The notes under the pieces were generated by a model. It saw only the letters and a program-made list of their open reading frames with translations, was not told the origin of the DNA and made no database searches. Of a stretch of DNA of 64,000 nt, positions 38,659 to 47,563 are shown piece after piece; positions within the stretch are counted from its first letter, which is position 1; every line of letters begins with the position of its first letter. The DNA comes from a bacterium. Lineage in GTDB: Bacteria > Patescibacteriota > Minisyncoccia > UBA6257 > GWB1-50-10. The stretch covers positions 2,548 to 66,547 of the forward strand of contig JAKALF010000001.1 in NCBI GenBank assembly GCA_021813265.1, written 5' to 3'. A program made the translations under genes and the position numbers.

Positions 38659-39102
38659 ATGAAATACCTTTCCGAAAACAAAAACGCGTATATTGAGTAT
38701 GAGATACTCTCTACGTATGAAGCGGGTATTGAGCTTTTAGGAAGTGAAGTAAAATCCATCATGTCGCGCGGGGTAAGTCTGAGAGGAGTATATGCTGTCT
38801 TGAAAAACAACGAAGTCTGGGTTATAAACTGCGACATCTCCCCCTATCAACCCAAAAACACGCCTCAAGAATACAATACCAAACGAAGCAGAAAACTGCT
38901 TCTTCATAAGTCGGAGATAAAAGAACTCATTGGAAAAACCAAAGAAAAGGGGTTGACGCTTATCCCTCTTCGGATGTATAAAAAAGGAAGCAGGGTAAAG
39001 ATAGAGATCGGACTTGCGAGACATAGAAAAAAATGGGACAAGCGGGAGGTAATAAGAAAGCGGGAGATGGAAAGAGAGATTCGAAGAGAAACGAGACTGT
39101 AG
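38659..39102 (+). CDS. smpB: SsrA-binding protein SmpB
   Basis: 147 aa. GIELLGSEVKS...LKNNEVWVINCDISPY is typical of SmpB. Confidence 0.85.
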   Translation: MKYLSENKNAYIEYEILSTYEAGIELLGSEVKSIMSRGVSLRGVYAVLKNNEVWVINCDISPYQPKNTPQEYNTKRSRKLLLHKSEIKELIGKTKEKGLTLIPLRMYKKGSRVKIEIGLARHRKKWDKREVIRKREMEREIRRETRL

Positions 39103-39118
39103 CGTTAAAAACATATAA

Positions 39119-39469
39119 GGGGATGTCGGGCTTCGATAAAGTGTGTCTGGATATGCTGCAAGCTGAGCTGATTGACTCATACATCCAATCAAAACAAATA
39201 ACTGTCAAAAACACAGTTAGGACGCCCGCTTTTGCGTTTGCATAAGTGAACGTCTTCTCTTATCATTTAAGATTAGAGCATCAGTCCCCGAATCTTCATA
39301 GGGGAACCACTGGTGTTATACATGAAGATCGCCGAATATCGCGGTTAATTAGTTCTACCGCCTTCGGTTAATAATTAAAGAACTAAATTCTGTTTCTTTT
39401 GAAACTAAGCTTGTAGAGTGCGTATTCAAAACATTTTAGATGGCGGTTCAACTCCGCCCATCTCCACCA
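39119..39469 (+). ncRNA. ssrA: tmRNA (ssrA)
   Basis: 5' GGGGATGTCGGGCTTCGA pairs with 3' ...CATCTCCACCA. T-arm GGCGGTTCAACTCCGCC. In-frame tag ends ...RTPAFAFA-TAA. Lies immediately downstream of smpB. Confidence 0.8.
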
Positions 39470-39661
39470 ACAGGAATTCCTGCGCCGCCTCCGCTTCCAA
39501 AAGGTTTCGAACTGATAAGACCATGAAAAAAGATAAGGCATATATCCAATTTGGCAATTTTAAGGGAGCAACTACCCAAGGCTGTTTTTGTATTGGGCGA
39601 AATCTCAAAACCTTTGAACATATAGCGACAAGCTAAAATATTTTTCAAAGATTTTTCGAGA

Positions 39662-39690
39662 AAGCCCAGTAGATGCTGGGCTTCTTAATT
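39662..39690 (+). terminator. hairpin aagcccag-tagatg-ctgggctt
   Basis: 8-bp stem downstream of tmRNA. Confidence 0.45.
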
Positions 39691-39705
39691 GTTAAAAACA
39701 ATACC

Positions 39706-41166
39706 ATGATTATCATTAAAAATCTTACAAAAAATATTTTAGGAGAAACTCTTTTTGAAAAGGTGTCTTTTGCGTTGCATAAAGGAGATAAGGTTGGACT
39801 TGTTGGACCGAATGGTTCTGGAAAATCAACGCTCTTGAAAATCATTCTTGGCAATGTTGAAGCTGACGATGGTGATGTTCGAGTCGAATATGAAAATATC
39901 GGATATCTATCGCAGAAATTGCCTTTTAAGAGCGACGTGACAGTAGAAAGTTTTTTGTCCGCTTCCGGAAATCCAAAAGCAAAAATTGTTCTTGAAAAAG
40001 TTGGGCTTGGTAACATCTCGCATGATATTGCTGTTACTAAACTCAGTGGTGGACAAAAAACGAGATTGTCGCTGGCAAGAATTTTATTGGACAAACCAAG
40101 CGTATTACTCTTAGACGAGCCAACAAACCATCTTGATTTGAAAGGTTTGGAATGGTTAGAGAATTTCATACGCGAATTTAGGGGCGGTGTTTTGATTGTC
40201 TCTCATGACCGCCGTCTGCTTGATAATTCCGTCAATAGAATTCTTGAGATTGATTCGGTAAATCATAAATTCGCTGAATATGTCGGTGGATATACCGAAT
40301 ACATGATGGAAAAAGAAAAGAAGTTGGTGAAATGGGAAGACGATTACCAACGACAGCAGAAGGAAAAGAGGCGTCTTGAACTTTGGCTCGCACTGAAGCG
40401 GCAAGAAGCGCATATTCATCCCGATCCAACAAAAGGCAGAATGATTCGAGCAAAGGAAAAATATCTGCAACGAGAAATATACGACAAGGAAATTCCAAAA
40501 CCCAAGAGCCAGAAAAAGATAAGCGGTTTGGAACTCAAAGGTAAAACCGCTTCTGCAAAACTTATCGTGCGAGTCAAAGACATCGTAAAAAGTTTTCCCG
40601 GTAAACAATTGCTTCGTGGAGTTAGTTTTGAATTGCGTGGTAGAGAGCATGTTTTGTTGGCTGGAGATAATGGATCGGGGAAAACTACCTTACTCAAAAT
40701 TCTTACTGGAGAATTGCAACCAGATAGCGGAGAATTTAAGCTTGGCGAAAATGTCCGTTTTGGTTATTTTGCTCAAGAGCACGAAATTTTAAACCCTGAC
40801 AAAACAGTAATGGACGAATTTTTGAGTACCGACCGATTACTCAGTTCGTCTAGAAACCCGCGCTCTATTCTCGGCACTTTCCTTTTTAGCGGACAAAACG
40901 CCTTCAAGAAAGTTTCAAGTTTGAGCCTTGGTGAGCGCGTGCGTCTCATTTTCGCTAAACTAACGAACCAAGAAAACGAACTTCTCATTCTTGATGAGCC
41001 GACTAACCATCTCGACATTCGGTCGCGAGAAGTTATTGAAGACGCACTTCTGGGTTACAAAGGAGCTATTCTTGTCGTATCTCACGACAGGTATTTTCTT
41101 GATAAAATTTCCATCAATAAAACACTGACGATCCAAAATGGAATTATCAAGGAAAAACTTGTGTAA
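39706..41166 (+). CDS. ABC-F family ATPase (two tandem ABC domains, no TMD)
   Basis: Two Walker A motifs (GPNGSGKST; GDNGSGKTT), two LSGGQ-like signatures and an inter-domain basic linker. Confidence 0.75.
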   Translation: MIIIKNLTKNILGETLFEKVSFALHKGDKVGLVGPNGSGKSTLLKIILGNVEADDGDVRVEYENIGYLSQKLPFKSDVTVESFLSASGNPKAKIVLEKVGLGNISHDIAVTKLSGGQKTRLSLARILLDKPSVLLLDEPTNHLDLKGLEWLENFIREFRGGVLIVSHDRRLLDNSVNRILEIDSVNHKFAEYVGGYTEYMMEKEKKLVKWEDDYQRQQKEKRRLELWLALKRQEAHIHPDPTKGRMIRAKEKYLQREIYDKEIPKPKSQKKISGLELKGKTASAKLIVRVKDIVKSFPGKQLLRGVSFELRGREHVLLAGDNGSGKTTLLKILTGELQPDSGEFKLGENVRFGYFAQEHEILNPDKTVMDEFLSTDRLLSSSRNPRSILGTFLFSGQNAFKKVSSLSLGERVRLIFAKLTNQENELLILDEPTNHLDIRSREVIEDALLGYKGAILVVSHDRYFLDKISINKTLTIQNGIIKEKLV

Positions 41167-41339
41167 TTCTTCCATATAGTCCGAAATCTTTTGGAAACGG
41201 TGGAGGAATTCCCTTTCCTCCCAATCTTTCCTTCCCGCTTCACCGGAGCGATTTGGGATTTCGCGAAAGCTCGAGCTATGTTCAGGATATCCCACTGTAT
41301 AAAATTAATCCCCGATTTAAGTATCGGGGATTTCAAATT

Positions 41340-41708
41340 TTATCTGTCCCTTATTTTTCTTATAAGAACTCCCTCATTTGTTGAGGTTGTTCCTAAGGCA
41401 ATAATCCACGTTATTACGCATAACGTGGGGTTGGTGTTCCAATATAACGTTGTCGCGATAATCGCCGCGTATATTCTTGGGACTACCAACCAACCGAACC
41501 AGCCGCCAAATCCTATAGGAAAGGGCGTTGCCACAAGCATAGTGATTCTTGGAAACAGATTCATAAAAATCAAGAACCAAACACTGTGGACTCTCCAGAA
41601 GTCGGTTTGGGTCGTCATTTCATGACCAGCAACCGAACATCCTGTTAAAAATAAGGCGGAAAATAAAAAGAGAAAGAAAAAATAACGATTTTTCATGACT
41701 AACTCCAT
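41340..41708 (-). CDS. lipoprotein, hypothetical
   Basis: Lipobox LFLTGC after a signal peptide. Confidence 0.4.
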   Translation of the reverse strand: MELVMKNRYFFFLFLFSALFLTGCSVAGHEMTTQTDFWRVHSVWFLIFMNLFPRITMLVATPFPIGFGGWFGWLVVPRIYAAIIATTLYWNTNPTLCVITWIIALGTTSTNEGVLIRKIRDR

Positions 41709-41926
41709 TCAATTATTAAGGATTTTTGCTGATTTAATCAAAACAGCAATAACCTATTCTGTCAAATAGAAGATTTCTAATAAATTACCCACTATTTTCT
41801 TATCTCACCCCATCAACTTGAGTAGTAGGAATAGAAATATTTTTAGGCGCGGGAACAAACATCGCGATAATAAGAAGCGCTATAAGAATAACAAGAAGAA
41901 GCGATAAGGAACGTATGTTCATGCTG

Positions 41927-42193
41927 TTATAATCCCTTTAACAAATCTTGGAGCTGACTTCCCCCCGATCCTGAATTCAAAATGTTTTGCAGGTTTTCCA
42001 CGTTAGAAAAATTTGAAAGATATTTTAGATAATAGAAATACCCATAGACAAGAGAAAGAATAATGAAAAGAATCTTCACTATCCCCCATATACGCATATG
42101 TCTATACCGCTTCTCAAGCTTCTTTAACCGTTCGTTATTCTCCTCGGCTAGTATGGATGTTTTCTGAAGTAATGTTTTTTCTTCGTCAGTCAT
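41927..42193 (-). CDS. hypothetical small membrane protein
   Basis: ORF with one TM helix. Confidence 0.3.
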   Translation of the reverse strand: MTDEEKTLLQKTSILAEENNERLKKLEKRYRHMRIWGIVKILFIILSLVYGYFYYLKYLSNFSNVENLQNILNSGSGGSQLQDLLKGL

Positions 42194-42236
42194 GGATACG
42201 GGCTCATTCTAACATATAATTGACGGGGGGCAAAAA

Positions 42237-42758
42237 ATGCCCTATGATACGCGTATACGATATAAAGTAAACAAAGAAATAACGGAATCGGAGCTTCGGG
42301 TGATTGATGAGCACGGAGTCAACCTCGGCATCATGAAACGAGAAGACGCTTTTCGCCTGGCTTGGAACAACAATAAAGATGTTGTGGAAATTTCAGGAAC
42401 GGCCAAACCACCGGTTGTAAAAATTATCGATTTTGATAAGTTCAGATATCAAAAAGAAAAGGAGGAAAAGAAACAACGGTTGGCCGAAAAAGCAAAGGAG
42501 CTGAAACACGTGCGTATCACCCCCCGAGCGGCTGAAAACGATCTTCAGGTTAAGCTCCGCAAAGTTGAGGAATTCCTAAAAAACGGCCACAACGTAGAAA
42601 TCGGAATCCTCTTCAAGGGAAGAGAGAAGGGAAATAAGATGTGGGGACTCGAGAAACTCAACCAATTTCTTCAAAAGATCCAAACTCCTCATATCGTCAC
42701 TATGTCACCACGACAAGGAGGGAGAGGAATGATAAGTCAGGTAGCGCCAAAAAAATAA
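42237..42758 (+). CDS. infC: translation initiation factor IF-3
   Basis: LRVIDEHGVNLGIMKREDAFRLAWNNNKDVVEI and C-terminal domain. It heads an infC-rpmI-rplT operon. Confidence 0.85.
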   Translation: MPYDTRIRYKVNKEITESELRVIDEHGVNLGIMKREDAFRLAWNNNKDVVEISGTAKPPVVKIIDFDKFRYQKEKEEKKQRLAEKAKELKHVRITPRAAENDLQVKLRKVEEFLKNGHNVEIGILFKGREKGNKMWGLEKLNQFLQKIQTPHIVTMSPRQGGRGMISQVAPKK

Positions 42759-42759
42759 C

Positions 42760-42939
42760 ATGAAAAACAGAAAGAGTATTTCAAAAAGGATAAAAATAAC
42801 CAAAACGGGAAAGGTTGTAAGGAGATCTATGGGTCTTGGTCACTCAAGAGGAAATAAATCCACAACTCAAAAAATGAGGAGGAGAAGTTCCCGCGATCTT
42901 CGGACGCTCGGAAAAATAATTAAGAAGAAATACCTTTAA
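42760..42939 (+). CDS. rpmI: 50S ribosomal protein L35
   Basis: 59 aa, MKNRKSISKRIKITKTGKVVRR..., absent from the ORF track (below 60 aa). Confidence 0.8.
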   Translation: MKNRKSISKRIKITKTGKVVRRSMGLGHSRGNKSTTQKMRRRSSRDLRTLGKIIKKKYL

Positions 42940-42984
42940 TTTCTTGACTAACGCGCCCATAGAAGGTATTCTCATACTACGCAT

Positions 42985-43329
42985 ATGACACGAGTAAAAC
43001 GAGGAACTCTGGCAAATAAAAAGAGAAGGAAAATTCTAAAACTCACGAAAGGATTCAAGTGGGGAAGAAAATCAAAAGAACGCGCGGCGAAAGAAGCGCT
43101 TCTTCACGCGCTCACGGCATCCTTTAGAGGACGAAAACAAAAAAAACGCGATTATCGCTCGCTATGGAATACCCGAATAAACGCGGGGGCAAGAAAGGAA
43201 GGATTAACCTATAGCTCTTTCATAAACGCTCTGAAGAAAAAAAATATAAGATTGGATAGGAAAATACTCGCGGGACTCGCGAAAGACGAACCGGAAACAT
43301 TTAAAAAAATTGTCGAAGAAGTAAGATAA
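42985..43329 (+). CDS. rplT: 50S ribosomal protein L20
   Basis: MTRVKRGTLANKKRRKILKLTKGF... is typical of L20. Confidence 0.9.
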   Translation: MTRVKRGTLANKKRRKILKLTKGFKWGRKSKERAAKEALLHALTASFRGRKQKKRDYRSLWNTRINAGARKEGLTYSSFINALKKKNIRLDRKILAGLAKDEPETFKKIVEEVR

Positions 43330-43330
43330 T

Positions 43331-43352
43331 CCGCCAAATAGGCGGATTTTTT
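43331..43352 (+). terminator. intrinsic terminator ccgcc-aaata-ggcgg + T6
   Basis: Sequence inspection. Confidence 0.6.
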
Positions 43353-43653
43353 AAACTCGTGCTTTATACAACATAAGGTCTACTCTTCCCCTTTTTACCA
43401 AAACTCCTTCCTTACGAAGTTTTTCGATCTTTTTGCTTGTTCCTCCCGCGTATCCGCCGATTTTTCCATCAGAACAAACCACTCTATGACACGGAATGGT
43501 TTTCATATCGGGGTTTTTATGAAGAGCGTTTCCAACCGCCCTCGACCCTCGCGGGCTCTCTACTGCCGTGGCGATATCGCTGTATGTTGCCACCTTGCCG
43601 CGCGGAATGCGGGCGGTTATCTGATATACCCTTTTTGTGAATGAGATTCTCAT
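43351..43653 (-). CDS. ogt: methylated-DNA--protein-cysteine methyltransferase, C-terminal domain type
   Basis: PCHRVV active-site motif, 100 aa. Confidence 0.75.
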   Translation of the reverse strand: MRISFTKRVYQITARIPRGKVATYSDIATAVESPRGSRAVGNALHKNPDMKTIPCHRVVCSDGKIGGYAGGTSKKIEKLRKEGVLVKRGRVDLMLYKARV

Positions 43654-44077
43654 AAATATGGCTTATGTGACCTTTCATCACGGTTCCTGATATAAGGCGA
43701 ACGGCTTCTTTGTGAAGAAACCACCCGTATCCCTCGTGATGTTCCCCTTTGTGATGCTCGGGCTTTATATTAATTTGTATCTTCTGATTTCTGGTTTCCG
43801 CGAGATAATATATGACTGTTTTATAAATCTTCTCTCTATTGCGAATAAAGGAAAATGTATCCTGTACTTTGAACCATTCTCTGAAATGAAGGTCTTGAGA
43901 AGAAAGCCCCGTTTCTTCGTATACCTCTCTAAGCGCCGCCTGAAAACTCCTCTCGCCGTCCGCCAGTTTGCCCTTCGGAAAATTCCAATACTTTCCCCCG
44001 TTATAGAGCAACAAAAATTTAGGACCTTCTGATGTCCTTCTATAGATAATAATTCCCGCGGATAGTTCTTTAGTCAT
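43517..44077 (-). CDS. NUDIX hydrolase
   Basis: Nudix box GKLADGERSFQAALREVYEETG. The ORF's last ~45 codons overlap ogt in another frame. Confidence 0.7.
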   Translation of the reverse strand: MTKELSAGIIIYRRTSEGPKFLLLYNGGKYWNFPKGKLADGERSFQAALREVYEETGLSSQDLHFREWFKVQDTFSFIRNREKIYKTVIYYLAETRNQKIQINIKPEHHKGEHHEGYGWFLHKEAVRLISGTVMKGHISHIYENLIHKKGISDNRPHSARQGGNIQRYRHGSREPARVEGGWKRSS

Positions 44078-44079
44078 GG

Positions 44080-46575
44080 TTATTTCTTCTGAATAGTAAA
44101 CGTATGGTTATAAATGTCAAAAATAATTTCATCTCCCTTCCCTATCTCTTTCCTTAGTATTTTTTCAGCGAGAGCTCCTCGCACGTTATCGGATATAACT
44201 TGACGAAGGGGTCGAGCTCCAAAGGTGGGATCATATCCCAATTCGGCAATCTTTTCCACGGCGGAATCGGAAAAAGAAAGGGCGATTCCGTGAGACGTCT
44301 GAATGGTTTTTACGACCTCTTCCAAAAGAAGTTTGGCTATGGAAACAATCTCTTTTTTCCCCAGATTCTTAAAAACAATAATGTCGGAAAAACGGTTGAT
44401 AAGTTCAGGCTTGAAATAATCGGTAAGTTTCTTTTTAAGGACTTCTGAAATATCGGATATGGTTTTTCCTGATTCAATGGATTCTTTAATGAACTCGGAA
44501 TGGGCGTTTGAGGTCGCGATAATAACGGTGTGTTCAAAATTTACCGTCCTCCCCAATCCGTCCGTAAGTCTCCCATCATCAAATACCTGGAGAAAGAGGT
44601 TTAAGATGTCGGGATGAGCCTTCTCGAATTCATCAAGAAGAATGAGGGTATAGGGATGAGCCATAATAGCATCGGTAAGCGAACCCGTGTTTTTTCCATC
44701 CGGCGTCCCTATAAACCTGAAAATACTTTGTTTGTCTTGATACTCGGACATGTCAAAACGACTCATCGCGTCTTTTGAACCAAATTGGACGGAAGCGAGT
44801 ATTTTTGAAAGTTCGGTCTTTCCAACACCCGTCGGTCCAACAAAAAGAAAGGTTGCTATGGGTCCCCCTTTTCTTGAAAGTCCGCTCCTATATTCCCTAA
44901 GCGCCCGAGAAACGGCGGAAACGGCTTCGTTCTGATTAATAAAACACGTATGAATATATTCCTCAAGACGGAGAAGTTTTTCGGTCTCCTCTTTTCCAGC
45001 CCCTTGAATTGGTATGCGGGTCTCGGTTTCCGCGACTTCTTCAACACACATCTCGTTAATAATGTTTTTCTTCTCATGAGACGCCTTCGCGAAAACCCTT
45101 TTTAAAAGATCGACCGCGCTTCCAGGAAGAGGCTTTGAAGAAAAATAGCGATGAGCGATCTCAACTGATCTCTTTATCGCCCGAAATGAGGCCGGAATCC
45201 CGAACTGCCGTTCAAGAAGAACGCTCATGTAAATAAGAAACTCGATCGATTCATCGGGAGATATGGGATTCACGGTAATGACATCAAATTGTTCCAAAAA
45301 ATCCGTACGGGGAGAGATCAATTGTTTAAATTCCCTTGGATAGGATTCTCCAATCAAGGGAATGGCTTCGGAAGAAACGATAGGCAAGAGAAGATCGATA
45401 GCGTTCATTTCTCCCGAACCGGAAGTTTTGAAAAGATCGTGCATATTGGGGATAAAAAGAACGATATTTCCGGCGAATAAAATCTCTTTTACTATATTCT
45501 GAAGCCTCCCGGCCAGTTCCTCGTTTGTCGCGTTAGCGAGAAGGGCGGGAACATTTAAAGAAACGAGCCGTTTGTCAAAAAGTATGGAAGGAACGCGGTC
45601 TTTGATAATACGATAGGCAAGGTGAGCGATAAGGGTTGATTTTCCGGACCCGGGATCTCCGACAAGGATCGCGTTGGGTTTCCCGGGACGAGAAATAACT
45701 TCTAAAAGTTCTTCAAATTCTTTCTTGTGTCCAATCAAAAAACCCGCCTTTTCTGAACGCGCGAGGTCCGTGAAGTCGGAACTAAATCTATCAAGAATAG
45801 GCGTGGGCCGAGAAGTCCATGATCGGTTAACGACCCTATGACGGATAAACATCGATTGATGGGCAAATCCTCCCAAAACAGCTGGAACGCGTTTTATAAA
45901 AGAAAACGAACTTTGTATTCTCCCGAAAACGAGCGCGTTTTTTACGTCATCTGAAGAAAGATCCATGCGACGGAAAAGAGAGACGAGCGCTTGGTCGTTG
46001 AGAGAAAAAAGCGCGAGAAAGATATGGCGAGGATAAACAAATAACTCTCCTCCATCATGCGCGTTTCTAAACGCTTGCATCCCAAGATGAGAAATTCTCT
46101 CTATATATTCTCGGCTTTCCTGTTTTTCTGAAGGAGAATCCGATATGGCTTTCTCTGTTTTCTCTAAACTTTCTTTCAGGTTGTAATCCAGGCGACTCAA
46201 AATATTTTTTACGTCTTTTTCTTCCATGAGAACCTTGAAAAGAAAAAGGGTAAGGGGCTTTCCTGAAGAAACTGTTTTTCTGAACGCCTTATTGACCGCC
46301 CCATATGCCCGAGGAGTAAAAGAAAACGCGGCGTTTCCCGTCCCTCCCATAACTTCGGAAATCATGTGCTCTCCCTCTTTCCTGTGAAAACTCCTATCAA
46401 GAAGAAAAAGGATGACAAGAACCCCGAGTCCCTTGAGGGGCGCGGGTCCTCTAAAAATATAAAATATCGATCCTAGAGCGAGAACACCATAGGTTAATCG
46501 CGAAAAACCTTTCACAAAAATCTCTCCTGGTCGTGAAAGAAAAAGTCTGCGCTCTTTAAAGTAAAGATCCTTCAT
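44080..46575 (-). CDS. Clp-type AAA+ unfoldase (ClpC/ClpA-like, two NBDs) with N-terminal transmembrane helices
   Basis: NBD1 Walker A GDPGSGKST and NBD2 GPTGVGKTE. The first ~65 aa are predicted to form two TM helices. Confidence 0.7.
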   Translation of the reverse strand: MKDLYFKERRLFLSRPGEIFVKGFSRLTYGVLALGSIFYIFRGPAPLKGLGVLVILFLLDRSFHRKEGEHMISEVMGGTGNAAFSFTPRAYGAVNKAFRKTVSSGKPLTLFLFKVLMEEKDVKNILSRLDYNLKESLEKTEKAISDSPSEKQESREYIERISHLGMQAFRNAHDGGELFVYPRHIFLALFSLNDQALVSLFRRMDLSSDDVKNALVFGRIQSSFSFIKRVPAVLGGFAHQSMFIRHRVVNRSWTSRPTPILDRFSSDFTDLARSEKAGFLIGHKKEFEELLEVISRPGKPNAILVGDPGSGKSTLIAHLAYRIIKDRVPSILFDKRLVSLNVPALLANATNEELAGRLQNIVKEILFAGNIVLFIPNMHDLFKTSGSGEMNAIDLLLPIVSSEAIPLIGESYPREFKQLISPRTDFLEQFDVITVNPISPDESIEFLIYMSVLLERQFGIPASFRAIKRSVEIAHRYFSSKPLPGSAVDLLKRVFAKASHEKKNIINEMCVEEVAETETRIPIQGAGKEETEKLLRLEEYIHTCFINQNEAVSAVSRALREYRSGLSRKGGPIATFLFVGPTGVGKTELSKILASVQFGSKDAMSRFDMSEYQDKQSIFRFIGTPDGKNTGSLTDAIMAHPYTLILLDEFEKAHPDILNLFLQVFDDGRLTDGLGRTVNFEHTVIIATSNAHSEFIKESIESGKTISDISEVLKKKLTDYFKPELINRFSDIIVFKNLGKKEIVSIAKLLLEEVVKTIQTSHGIALSFSDSAVEKIAELGYDPTFGARPLRQVISDNVRGALAEKILRKEIGKGDEIIFDIYNHTFTIQKK

Positions 46576-46922
46576 AGATTAAAAAAAGAAAACGACTTAA
46601 AGATAATAAGAGGAGGAATGGCAATCCAAATACAATATAAGATAAGGGCAAGAATAATAATAAAAAGATAAAGGATTCCCGCTATAGCGAGACGGAAAAC
46701 TCTAAAAAAGAATCCCAAGATCCTTCCCACAAACGAATAGTCTCCGTATAAAGGGTGAAAAAGAAAACGGAGGGTTATTTTCCAAGCGAAATACCGGTCA
46801 AGTTTTCCCAAAACATCAAGGATAAAATCAACATACATTCTGATGCTTTTTATATACCAATGACGCAAAAACTCGCCCAAGCGGTAGAGAAATCGCCATC
46901 CAAGGTAGGTTATGGCCATCAT
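46572..46922 (-). CDS. hypothetical membrane protein
   Basis: ORF with two TM helices. Its stop overlaps the clp start. Confidence 0.3.
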   Translation of the reverse strand: MMAITYLGWRFLYRLGEFLRHWYIKSIRMYVDFILDVLGKLDRYFAWKITLRFLFHPLYGDYSFVGRILGFFFRVFRLAIAGILYLFIIILALILYCIWIAIPPLIIFKSFSFFNL

Positions 46923-46951
46923 TATGGTTATTATAACCCAATAACGAGTCT

Positions 46952-47563
46952 TTATAAAAGCTTCTCTTGTTCAGGGTCCGCCTTACCAAAAAATCCACTC
47001 GTCGGCATAGACTTATGTTTCCGAACGATAGCGGGAAGATTTTTAAAACTTTTCTGAAGGGCTTCTTTCATGGAGGGGGAACGTAAGGCCGCCGCGGGAT
47101 GAAAAAGAGGAACAATAAATTTGTCTTTTATTCTAAAAACTTTGCCTTGATCTCTGCTAATTTTTCCGGACGGTAAAAAATAATTCATGGAAAATCTTCC
47201 CAAGGGAGCGATAACGCGAGGACTAATGATTGTAATCTGCTCTTTAAGATATGGTTTATAGCGTTCAATCTCTTCAGGTAAGGGGTCTCGGTTCATGGGA
47301 GGTCTTCGTTTCACGATGTTGGTTATATACACATCCTCGCGCTTCCACCCAATTCCCTCTATTAAAACATCAAGGAGTTTCCCCGCTCTTCCCACAAAAG
47401 GACGTTTCAATTCGTTTTCCCGTTCTCCCGGAGCTTCTCCTATAAACATAATATCGCAATCAACGTTTCCCTCGCCAAAAACGAGGTTTGATTCCTGAAG
47501 AGGAAGAGACGCGTCTTTCAAGATGCGTTCTAAAAGATCGATTAGGCGTTCTTGTTTCGTCAT
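46952..47563 (-). CDS. uracil-DNA glycosylase, family 4
   Basis: GEAPGERE...PFVGRAGKLL motif A and HPAA motif. Confidence 0.75.
   Translation of the reverse strand: MTKQERLIDLLERILKDASLPLQESNLVFGEGNVDCDIMFIGEAPGERENELKRPFVGRAGKLLDVLIEGIGWKREDVYITNIVKRRPPMNRDPLPEEIERYKPYLKEQITIISPRVIAPLGRFSMNYFLPSGKISRDQGKVFRIKDKFIVPLFHPAAALRSPSMKEALQKSFKNLPAIVRKHKSMPTSGFFGKADPEQEKLL

Noticed and set aside
39033-39648. ORFs 39033-39245 (+), 39418-39636 (+), 39426-39608 (-), 39448-39648 (-)
   Set aside because: They overlap the tmRNA (the first is the tag reading frame extended upstream). They are not independent proteins.
41191-41625. 144-aa plus-strand ORF
   Set aside because: It is antisense to a lipoprotein ORF that has a clean lipobox signal. 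It shows no motifs and reversed hydrophobic periodicity.
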